Of a stretch of DNA of 64,000 nt, positions 1 to 7,716 are shown piece by piece (positions within the stretch are counted from its first letter, which is position 1; each line of letters starts with the position of its first letter). The DNA comes from an uncultured virus (IMG/VR IMGVR_UViG_3300021373_000885). Taxonomy: Duplodnaviria; Heunggongvirae; Uroviricota; Caudoviricetes. The translations under genes and the position numbers were made by a program. The notes under the pieces were generated by a model. The model searched no databases and was not told the origin of the DNA. It saw only the letters and a list, made by a program, of their open reading frames with translations. Location of the stretch: the IMG/VR virus record IMGVR_UViG_3300021373_000885. One strand, 5' to 3'.

Positions 1-96
1 GCGACTGTGACGAACGAGGATACACTACATGCCCTTCAATATATTTTAAATGACTTACCTGAACCTGACCCCAACCAATTGGAACTAGACTTATGA
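1..96 (+). CDS. 3' end of a truncated ORF, possibly a VRR-NUC-like nuclease C-terminus; ends ...PDPNQLELDL
   Basis: Frame 1 is open from the window start to TGA at 94-96, which overlaps the next ATG (ATGA). Translation ATVTNEDTLHALQYILNDLPEPDPNQLELDL. Confidence 0.5.
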   Translation, partial: ATVTNEDTLHALQYILNDLPEPDPNQLELDL

Positions 97-281
97 CCGA
101 ATTAGTATCAAACCCTGTAGTAAAAGCCGAATTAGAACCGATAGATGTAGCCATACGCAAAGAGCGTAAACGTGTGTGGGATTTAGAAGATGAGACTGGT
201 GAAGAACAATCTTCTAATTGGTTAGAGTATTTGTGTCGTGCTAAGGCGCGTGGCGTACAGCACATTGTATTAAACTTTTGA
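93..281 (+). CDS. hypothetical phage protein (62 aa)
   Basis: ORF track; ATGA coupling to the upstream ORF. Confidence 0.65.
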   Translation: MTELVSNPVVKAELEPIDVAIRKERKRVWDLEDETGEEQSSNWLEYLCRAKARGVQHIVLNF

Positions 282-292
282 GGAGAGATGAT

Positions 293-541
293 ATGGAAGA
301 TTTTAAAATAGATAAAGAAGACACTTTTACCGTGCGCGATGTGGCGGCAGTGCATAAGTTAGCAGAAAAAATATACGTGGCGGGTTTTGCAAACTCCGAT
401 GACAATGGCTACGTTTCAGCAAGCGATGCGTGGGATTTTGCTGTTGGGTTTCACTCAAACGCCCTAGCAATGTGGCAGTTATATGATTTGCCTACAGATG
501 AGCAAGGAAACTTTATAGTGGGGGAGAAAGAAAATGGTTAA
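293..541 (+). CDS. hypothetical phage protein
   Basis: ORF track 278-541. A GAGGAG SD at about 280-285 favours ATG 293. Confidence 0.7.
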   Translation: MEDFKIDKEDTFTVRDVAAVHKLAEKIYVAGFANSDDNGYVSASDAWDFAVGFHSNALAMWQLYDLPTDEQGNFIVGEKENG

Positions 542-866
542 TGCGACCCCCGAAGATTGGGATAAGTTAAGAGAGAACCACCCTAGACTTGTTAAGAAAT
601 GGGAAGAGTTTCGTGACCAATACCCAGACATGCAGGTTGATGACGTAGTGGAAGATGTTGTCAACAACCCTAGCCATTACAATACAGGTGGAATAGAGTG
701 TATTGAGGGTATCGAATCTAGTATGAGTCCTAACGCGTTTCTAGGCTACCTAAAGGGTAACTGTATGAAATACATGTGGCGTTATGAGTACAAGGGTAAA
801 CCCCTTGAAGATCTACAGAAAGCCCAGTGGTATTTGACTCTATTGATAGATAGGGTAGGAGAGTAA
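534..866 (+). CDS. DUF3310 family protein (T7 gp1.7/SaV-like)
   Basis: Signature VNNPSHYNTGGIECIE...GYLKGNCMKYMWRYEYKGKPLEDLQKAQWYL. Confidence 0.9.
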   Translation: MVNATPEDWDKLRENHPRLVKKWEEFRDQYPDMQVDDVVEDVVNNPSHYNTGGIECIEGIESSMSPNAFLGYLKGNCMKYMWRYEYKGKPLEDLQKAQWYLTLLIDRVGE

Positions 867-2698
867 TGGATTTAATTACGTTAGATTTTGAAACGTATTA
901 CGACAAAGACTTCTCATTGCGTAAGATGACTACGGAAGCATATATACGTGATCCTAGGTTTGAGGTTATCGGTGTAGGTGTTAAACTAAATGACGGGCAA
1001 ACGGAGTGGGCGAGTGGTACACATGAGCAAATTAGTAGGTACTTACATTCTTTTGATTGGAGCAACAGTATGCTCCTTTGTCATAACACTATGTTTGACG
1101 GTGCTATTATTTCTTGGCTCTTTGATATACAGCCTCGCGTCCTTGCTGATACTCTTTGCATCGCTCGCGCACTACACGGTGTCGAGGTTGGTGGATCTCT
1201 CCATGTGCTTAGTAAAAGGTATAATCTTGGAACTAAAGGCACTGAGGTTTTAAACGCGGTTGGTAAGCGTAGGGCAGATTTCACTCCAGAAGAACTTAGT
1301 AAATATGGTGACTACTGTGTTAATGACGTTGAACTTACATACAAGTTGTTCATGCGTATGGCTAAGGGATTTCCTAAACAAGAGATGCGTATCATTGATA
1401 TGACTCTGCGCATGTTCACACAACCTGTGCTTGACCTTGACTTAGGTTTACTTGAACAACACCTAGCTAACACCAAGAAAATTAAAGAAGACTTAATCGA
1501 ATCTAGCGGTGTTACACGTGAACAGTTAATGAGTAACCCCAAGTTTGCCGAACTACTAAAATCACTGGGAGTTGAACCCCCAACCAAAATTAGCCTTACA
1601 ACAGGCAAGGAAACACTAGCATTCGCCAAGAATGACGAAGGGTTTAAAGCATTACAAGAACACGAAGATGCACGTGTGCAAGCGTTGGCTACTGCACGTT
1701 TGGGTACGAAGAGTACACTGGAAGAGACTCGTACGGAGAGGTTCATAGGAATAGCTAAACGAGGATTACTACCTGTGCCTGTGAGGTATTATGCGGCACA
1801 CACTGGTAGGTGGGGCGGTGATGACAAGATCAACATACAAAATCTACCCAGTCGTGGTGTCAATGGTAAGAAGTTGAAGTCCAGTATCATCGCGCCAGTA
1901 GGTTACACTATAGTTGATTGTGATTCCTCTCAGATTGAAGCACGTGTACTAGCGTGGGTGGCGGGTCAGGACGATTTAGTCGATGCTTTTTCTAACAAGG
2001 AAGATGTATATATAAAGATGGCATCTAAGATATACAACGTCAAAGAGGAAGACGTTACCAAAGAACAGAGGTTTGTAGGTAAGAGTACGATACTTGGTGC
2101 AGGTTATGGTATGGGTGCTGTGCGATTTGCTGAGCAGTTGAAGTCCTTTGGTACTACTATATCTGTAGATGAGGCGCGTAGGATTATATCTATCTACAGG
2201 AATTCAAATTGGAAAATAGCTCAGTTCTGGCGTAACTGTCAGAACATGTTAGTAGAGATGTCACGCGGTAAAACTATTTCGTTCGGGGCTAAGAACATTG
2301 TACAAAGTGTAGAGACAACAACAGGTTACGGTATAAAGTTGCCAAGTGGTCTAGTTATGCGATACGATGGGTTAGATTACGAACAAGGTGAAAGAGGCCC
2401 AGAGTTTAGCTACAAGACTAGACGCGGGCGTACAAGAATCTACGGTGGTAAGGTTACAGAGAATGTATGCCAAGCTATCGCTAGGTGCATCATGGGTGAA
2501 CAGATGTTGGCAATAGCCAAGAGGTATAAACCCGTACTTACAGTGCATGATTCCGTGGTATGCTGTGTACCTGATGATGAGTTAGAAGAAGCTAGGTCAT
2601 ACATAGAAGAGTGTATGAACACTACACCTTCATGGGCTGAGGGTATGCCCATAACGTGTGAATCTGGCATTGGTCAATCTTATGGAGACTGTGAATAA
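866..2698 (+). CDS. polA: DNA polymerase family A with 3'-5' exonuclease domain and no 5'-3' exonuclease
   Basis: ExoI LDFET, ExoII HNTMFD, ExoIII YCVND; polymerase motif A DSSQIEARVLA, motif B RFVGKSTILGAGYG, motif C TVHDS; HTGRWGG. Confidence 0.95.
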   Translation: MDLITLDFETYYDKDFSLRKMTTEAYIRDPRFEVIGVGVKLNDGQTEWASGTHEQISRYLHSFDWSNSMLLCHNTMFDGAIISWLFDIQPRVLADTLCIARALHGVEVGGSLHVLSKRYNLGTKGTEVLNAVGKRRADFTPEELSKYGDYCVNDVELTYKLFMRMAKGFPKQEMRIIDMTLRMFTQPVLDLDLGLLEQHLANTKKIKEDLIESSGVTREQLMSNPKFAELLKSLGVEPPTKISLTTGKETLAFAKNDEGFKALQEHEDARVQALATARLGTKSTLEETRTERFIGIAKRGLLPVPVRYYAAHTGRWGGDDKINIQNLPSRGVNGKKLKSSIIAPVGYTIVDCDSSQIEARVLAWVAGQDDLVDAFSNKEDVYIKMASKIYNVKEEDVTKEQRFVGKSTILGAGYGMGAVRFAEQLKSFGTTISVDEARRIISIYRNSNWKIAQFWRNCQNMLVEMSRGKTISFGAKNIVQSVETTTGYGIKLPSGLVMRYDGLDYEQGERGPEFSYKTRRGRTRIYGGKVTENVCQAIARCIMGEQMLAIAKRYKPVLTVHDSVVCCVPDDELEEARSYIEECMNTTPSWAEGMPITCESGIGQSYGDCE

Positions 2699-2901
2699 TG
2701 GCTAAGAAAGATATTGAAGAAGCTATCAAAGAAGCACATGAAATGGCTGATGAAGCTATTGATGAGTTACAAGAAGAAATTGAGGATGCACGTACATCCG
2801 TAATGGAGTGGTTAAAAACTGAACACACGTTCACTCAAGCCGAAATACTTTTACTTTCTATCGGTGTAGTAGCGGTGATAGCAACGGTCGGTGTAATTTA
2901 A
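2698..2901 (+). CDS. small acidic protein with C-terminal transmembrane helix
   Basis: TAATG coupling on both sides; C-terminal ILLLSIGVVAVIATVGVI. Confidence 0.75.
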   Translation: MAKKDIEEAIKEAHEMADEAIDELQEEIEDARTSVMEWLKTEHTFTQAEILLLSIGVVAVIATVGVI

Positions 2902-3572
2902 TGAGCGTGACGCCTTGGTCTTTCAGTAAGATTAAATCCTTTGAACAATGTCCGAAGAAGTTTTATCATCTAAAGATAGCAAAGGATTATAAAGAGCCTG
3001 AGACTGAGGCGATGCTTTACGGTACTGCTGTGCATGAAGCCGCAGAGGAGTACATCCGAGATGGGAAGCCGTTGCCCCCTGAGTACGATTATATAAAAGC
3101 CCCATTAGATTCATTGAATATGAAACAGGGGAACAAACTTTGTGAATACGAGATGGGGTTGACGGCTGACCTTGAGCCATGTGGGTTCTGGGATGACGAT
3201 TGTTGGTATCGTGGTATAGCTGACTTAGTTATACTTGATGAAGAAAATAAAGTTGCGTGGGTGATAGATTATAAGACAGGTAAGAGTGCAAAGTATGCAG
3301 ACAAAGGGCAGTTGGAACTTATGGCACTGTGTATATTTAAACACTTTCCTGACGTAGAAACAGTGAAGGGCGGATTGTTGTTTGTTGTTTGTAATGAACT
3401 CATACGTGACAAGTATTACAAAGAAGACGAGCCTGAGATGTGGAAGAAGTGGTTAGCTGACTACAACCGTATGGAACAGGCGTGGAAGAAAGATGTATGG
3501 AATGCTCACCAAAGTGGGCTGTGTAAACGACATTGCATTGTTACAGAATGTGTACATAATGGTAGACACTGA
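2901..3572 (+). CDS. PD-(D/E)XK exonuclease, Cas4/RecB-like, probable Fe-S cluster
   Basis: WSFSKIKSFEQCP, GTAVHEAAE, GIADLVI, IDYKTG, and C-terminal LCKRHCIVTEC (1+3 Cys arrangement). Confidence 0.9.
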   Translation: MSVTPWSFSKIKSFEQCPKKFYHLKIAKDYKEPETEAMLYGTAVHEAAEEYIRDGKPLPPEYDYIKAPLDSLNMKQGNKLCEYEMGLTADLEPCGFWDDDCWYRGIADLVILDEENKVAWVIDYKTGKSAKYADKGQLELMALCIFKHFPDVETVKGGLLFVVCNELIRDKYYKEDEPEMWKKWLADYNRMEQAWKKDVWNAHQSGLCKRHCIVTECVHNGRH

Positions 3573-3823
3573 TGCCTTACAAGAACCCAAAAGATAGAAA
3601 GAAACAAAAAAACCCGCCAGTGGGTAGTAAAGCGCACGAAGCTAGGATGGAACGCCAACGTGCTAGGCGTGAGTTTGATAGGAAAAACGGCTACGCAAAA
3701 CGTAAGGGTAAAGATATAAGCCACAAGAAAATGTTAAGTAAGGGTGGCAGTAACAAGGATGGGTACAGATTAGAAAGTCCTAGTAAGAATAGATCTAGGA
3801 ATGGGCATAAGCCTAAGAAGTAA
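3572..3823 (+). CDS. small basic HNH-like endonuclease
   Basis: KGKDISHKKMLSKGGSN...SPSKNRSRN resembles a phage HNH/HNN beta-beta-alpha motif. Confidence 0.65.
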   Translation: MPYKNPKDRKKQKNPPVGSKAHEARMERQRARREFDRKNGYAKRKGKDISHKKMLSKGGSNKDGYRLESPSKNRSRNGHKPKK

Positions 3824-3831
3824 TTCACTCT

Positions 3832-4012
3832 CGGACGCTTAGTTTGATGCGTCCTAAAAGACAATGGAGTAGGGGACAATTTCCTCCCTCGTAGGACACT
3901 TCATAAAATCAAGCTAGTCCGTTGAGTTTTTGTTTGCTCATTCATACAGACCTAGCCCTATCTGCGGACGAAGTGGGGCTAATTTAATCGTAAGCGAAGA
4001 CCGCCTTACGAG
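3832..4012 (+). ncRNA. structured intergenic leader or ncRNA candidate upstream of the helicase
   Basis: About 195-nt non-coding gap with several stems: GTCCTA/TAGGAC, TAGCCC/GGGCTA, TCGTAAG/CTTACGA. Confidence 0.35.
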
Positions 4013-4020
4013 GTTAACCA

Positions 4021-5571
4021 ATGGAGAATAATAAGTTGAAGATTGTAGAGAACAAGGCCCTGCTATTGACCCTACGCTCACCGGGGCGTGTAGAGAATGT
4101 AATTCCTAAAAGCAAGAAGTTGTCCGAGCATGAAGTATTAGTTAATTGGGGAGTTGACGAAGTGCAGGTATTAAGAAATATGGGGATCAATGCGCCTTCA
4201 CCTATAGAAGGTAGGTATGAATGGACGGGCAGGTATGACCCCTACGAACACCAAAAAGCCACAGCAAGTTTTTTCACACTAAACAAGAAGTCCTTTTGTT
4301 TTAACGAACAAGGTACGGGCAAAACAGCCAGTGCTATTTGGGCATCAGATTACTTACTGGAACAGGGTAAGATAAATAGGGTGTTAGTTATATGCCCCCT
4401 ATCCATCATGGAATCAGCATGGCGTAATGATTTATTTAGCTTTGCTATGCACCGTAAAGTAGATGTAGCGTACGGTTCCGCTAAAAAACGTAAGGAGATA
4501 ATACAAAGCGATGCTGAATATGTAATCATAAATTATGATGGTGTAGAGATTGTGTCCGAAGAAGTTGCCAACGGTGGGTTTGATTTAATAATCGTTGATG
4601 AGGCGACACACTACAAAAATGTACAGACAAAGCGTTGGAAGACGTTAGCCAAACTCGTAAATAACAATACGTGGTTATGGATGATGACAGGTACACCTGC
4701 GGCGCAAAGCCCTACAGATGCGTACGGTCTAGCCAAGCTAGTAAACAAGGACAAAGTACCTAGATTTTTTGGTTCGTTCAGAGATCAAGTGATGGTAAAG
4801 GTCACTAATTTTAAATGGATACCCAAAGATGATGCTACCGAAACAGTTCACAGGGTACTTCAACCTGCAATACGTTACACAAAAGAAGAATGTCTAGACC
4901 TGCCGCCTATGGTATATGTAAAGCGTGAAGTAGATATGACTAGACAGCAAAAGAAATACTATAACGAGCTGAAGAATAAAATGATTACTCAGGCTGCGGG
5001 AGAACAAATTACGGCAGCCAATGCGGCAGTTAACATGAACAAGTTGCTACAAATATCTTCTGGTGCTGTATATGCCGATACAGGAGATGCATTAGAGTTT
5101 GATATAACTAATCGTTATAAGGTGATGCGTGAGGTCATTGATGAGTCAAGCAAGAAAGTCTTAGTGTTTGTACCCTTCAGGCATACAATACAGTTACTCA
5201 CAGAAAAGCTACGCAATGATGGTATAACTACAGAGATAATCAATGGTGATGTACCTGCACCCAAACGCACTGATATATTTAAACGCTTTCAAGAACAAGA
5301 TGACCCCAAAGTCTTAGTAATCCAACCGCAGTCTGCGGCTCATGGTGTCACGTTAACAGCCGCCAACACTGTCATTTGGTGGTCGCCCACCAGTTCATTA
5401 GAAACGTATGCGCAAGCGAACGCTAGGGTACACAGGTCAGGTCAAGATCAAAAGTGTACGGTGGTACATCTTCAAGGATCTTACGTAGAGAAACGTGTTT
5501 ACACACTATTGGACAACAGAATAGACGTTCACACAAAAATGATTGATTTATATAAAGAAGTACTTGACTAG
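4021..5571 (+). CDS. SNF2-family (SF2) DNA helicase
   Basis: Walker A NEQGTGKT, motif II IVDEATH, motif III TGTP, motif V AAHGVTLTAA, motif VI QANARVHRSGQ. Confidence 0.93.
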   Translation: MENNKLKIVENKALLLTLRSPGRVENVIPKSKKLSEHEVLVNWGVDEVQVLRNMGINAPSPIEGRYEWTGRYDPYEHQKATASFFTLNKKSFCFNEQGTGKTASAIWASDYLLEQGKINRVLVICPLSIMESAWRNDLFSFAMHRKVDVAYGSAKKRKEIIQSDAEYVIINYDGVEIVSEEVANGGFDLIIVDEATHYKNVQTKRWKTLAKLVNNNTWLWMMTGTPAAQSPTDAYGLAKLVNKDKVPRFFGSFRDQVMVKVTNFKWIPKDDATETVHRVLQPAIRYTKEECLDLPPMVYVKREVDMTRQQKKYYNELKNKMITQAAGEQITAANAAVNMNKLLQISSGAVYADTGDALEFDITNRYKVMREVIDESSKKVLVFVPFRHTIQLLTEKLRNDGITTEIINGDVPAPKRTDIFKRFQEQDDPKVLVIQPQSAAHGVTLTAANTVIWWSPTSSLETYAQANARVHRSGQDQKCTVVHLQGSYVEKRVYTLLDNRIDVHTKMIDLYKEVLD

Positions 5572-5592
5572 TACACAATAATACGCTACTTT
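5564..5592 (+). promoter_or_regulatory. sigma70-like promoter
   Basis: TTGACT-17 nt-TACTTT upstream of GAGGAG SD and ATG 5621. Confidence 0.55.
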
Positions 5593-5620
5593 TACTGTCC
5601 CTTTAGTAGAGGAGCGCAAG

Positions 5621-6019
5621 ATGAGCGAAGAAAAGTTGAACGCTGAGAAGCTAACTAGTGTTTATTTAAAGATAAAAGATAAGCGTAGTGAGTTATCAGC
5701 AGAGTTTAAAGAGAAAGATGCCGAGTTAGTTGAACAATTAGATAAGGTCAAGAAGGCTTTGTTGGATTATTGTCAAGAACAAGGTGTAGATAGTGTAAGA
5801 ACTTCTGCGGGATTGTTTTATCGTTCTGCCAGAACACGTTATTGGACGAGTGATTGGGCATCGTTGCATGAGTTTATTCTCGATAACGAGGTTCCAGAAT
5901 TGTTAGATAAGCGTGTTAACCAGAGCAACATGAAACAGTTTTTGGAAGAGAACCCAACCCTTGTACCTAAAGGGTTAAACGTAGATTCTGAATACGTTGT
6001 ATCAGTAAGGAGAAAGTAA
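5621..6019 (+). CDS. conserved phage replication-module protein with coiled-coil N-terminus
   Basis: Strong SD GAGGAG; 132-aa ORF coupled to the next gene. Confidence 0.8.
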   Translation: MSEEKLNAEKLTSVYLKIKDKRSELSAEFKEKDAELVEQLDKVKKALLDYCQEQGVDSVRTSAGLFYRSARTRYWTSDWASLHEFILDNEVPELLDKRVNQSNMKQFLEENPTLVPKGLNVDSEYVVSVRRK

Positions 6020-6264
6020 TGTCAGATAATTTTGTTCCAATCGGTGACGTAGCGGATAAGTTTAGTGTATCTAAACACACAGTTAGGCAGTGGTTACGGC
6101 AAGGTAAGATACCTGCTGACCTGTATGTTAAGATCGGTAACACTTATCGTTACAACCTTCAAGGGATTGAAAACGCTTTTTTGAGTACCAATAAAGATAC
6201 GGTAGTTGGAGAAGCTGTCAGTGACTTTGAGTTTGGCACTGATATGCTAGATGAGGATTTCTAG
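6019..6264 (+). CDS. helix-turn-helix DNA-binding protein (MerR/excisionase-like)
   Basis: IGDVADKFSVSKHTVRQWLRQGKIP...KIGNTYRY. Confidence 0.85.
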   Translation: MSDNFVPIGDVADKFSVSKHTVRQWLRQGKIPADLYVKIGNTYRYNLQGIENAFLSTNKDTVVGEAVSDFEFGTDMLDEDF

Positions 6265-6923
6265 TGAGAAGGTTAAGCATACGCGGTGGCGTGTTTACAG
6301 ACATACAAAGTGACAAACAAGAAGTCATTGGTGATTCAGTAAACGTAATCATTGTGGATGCCGCGCCTGTATCTAGATCATACTTTGGTGATAAGTTTGA
6401 CCCTAATGTGTCTACTGCACCAATATGTTGGTCGGATGATACGCAAAGACCGTCTTCAAATGTAACACAAGACAACCTGCAATCAAGTAGGTGTATGGAT
6501 TGCACACAGAATGTACGTGGTTCTGGTGATAATGGTGGCAGGGCTTGTAGGTTTCAACAGCGTCTAGCCGTTGTATTTGAAGGTGATATTGAAGAGGTGT
6601 ACCAGTTGCAGATACCTGCCAATTCTATATTTGGTAGAGCGCAAGGTGGGAACATGGGTATGCAAGAGTATGCTCGCCACCTATCTGCGCACGATACATC
6701 AGTAGTTAGTGTTGTCACAAACATTACGTTTGATAAAGACAGCGTCGTTCCAAAACTTTATTTTAAGCCTATGCGAGCCTTGGCTTCACGTGACGGGATT
6801 GCAGTTTCAAAGATGATGGTACATGAGGACACTAAGCGTGCTATCACATCATTTGTCCCCGTAACGAGAGAGCCGTCACCATTTGGTGTTGTGGCAGATG
6901 GGTTTGATATAAATGCAAATTAA
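6264..6923 (+). CDS. conserved phage protein, possibly ssDNA-binding or annealing, Cys-containing
   Basis: GTG start coupled to the upstream TAG; PICWSDD, CMDCTQN..GSG...GRACRFQQRLAV. Confidence 0.7.
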   Translation: MRRLSIRGGVFTDIQSDKQEVIGDSVNVIIVDAAPVSRSYFGDKFDPNVSTAPICWSDDTQRPSSNVTQDNLQSSRCMDCTQNVRGSGDNGGRACRFQQRLAVVFEGDIEEVYQLQIPANSIFGRAQGGNMGMQEYARHLSAHDTSVVSVVTNITFDKDSVVPKLYFKPMRALASRDGIAVSKMMVHEDTKRAITSFVPVTREPSPFGVVADGFDINAN

Positions 6924-6934
6924 GGTAAATAGTT

Positions 6935-7636
6935 ATGTCTAATGCAAATAGTAGTTATGTAATTGAAAACGTTGAGGCACTTTGGCCTCGTATAAATAAA
7001 CCGTACCGTTTTGATAACGCGGAGAATCGCACTGTACCGTGTGATGCGTTTGAAGATGGCGCTAAATACGAGATGAAGTTTCGTATGACAAAAGATCAGG
7101 CCAAGGCTTTGTTCGGTGCAATGTGTAAAGCATACGAAGGGAAGAAAGAGAAGAGTTGGCCAGAGAAGATTGAGATGCCGTTCACCAAGGATGATGATGG
7201 TATGTACTCATACAAGGCGACGTTGAAAGGTGCTTACGGTAAAGAAGCTACACTAAAGCCTGTACAATATGACTCAAAAGGAGTTAAACTACCTGACGAT
7301 TTCATGTTAACTACAGGTAGCACAGTCAACGTAGCGGTTGTGTTTATACCATATAGTATGCGTGAAGCGAACGTATCCCTACGTCTAAGAGCGGTACAGG
7401 TTATTAAGTATGTGCCTATGGAAACATCGTCACCATTCGGTAAAGTAGATGGTGGTTTTGAATTCCAAAAAGATGACAATCCGTTTGAGGTGGTAGAGCC
7501 TAAATCGGTTGATAATGTTATTGAAGCAGAATTTGGTGACACACCAGAACCAAAGAAAGTCAGTAAAAAAGCAACACCAAAACCAAAAAAGACTGACTCT
7601 GATCTTGCATCAATCGTAGACGACTGGGACGACTAA
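6935..7636 (+). CDS. single-stranded DNA-binding protein (T7 gp2.5-like)
   Basis: TTGSTVNVAV...VSLRLRAVQVIKY OB-fold-like core, acidic tail DDWDD, and position in the replication module. Confidence 0.7.
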   Translation: MSNANSSYVIENVEALWPRINKPYRFDNAENRTVPCDAFEDGAKYEMKFRMTKDQAKALFGAMCKAYEGKKEKSWPEKIEMPFTKDDDGMYSYKATLKGAYGKEATLKPVQYDSKGVKLPDDFMLTTGSTVNVAVVFIPYSMREANVSLRLRAVQVIKYVPMETSSPFGKVDGGFEFQKDDNPFEVVEPKSVDNVIEAEFGDTPEPKKVSKKATPKPKKTDSDLASIVDDWDD

Positions 7637-7716
7637 TCCCAAAAACTAGCTAGCTTTATGCGAAAAGGGGGCAACCGCCCCCCTGCTATCTCTACCCTCG
7701 GAACTAGGAATGTATT

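Noticed and set aside
2901..3572. Cas4 as evidence of a CRISPR-Cas system
   Set aside because: Stand-alone Cas4/RecB-like nucleases are routine in phage replication modules, and there is no cas1 or cas2.
3840..3975. Hammerhead ribozyme
   Set aside because: TGATGCGTCC...GGAC is suggestive, but the CUGANGA and GAAA core is absent.
6019..6264. Excisionase implying a prophage
   Set aside because: HTH fold only; no integrase, att site or host genes in the window.
7665..7686. Terminator before the primase gene
   Set aside because: The GC hairpin AGGGGGC-AACC-GCCCCCT has no U tract on the coding strand; its function is unclear.
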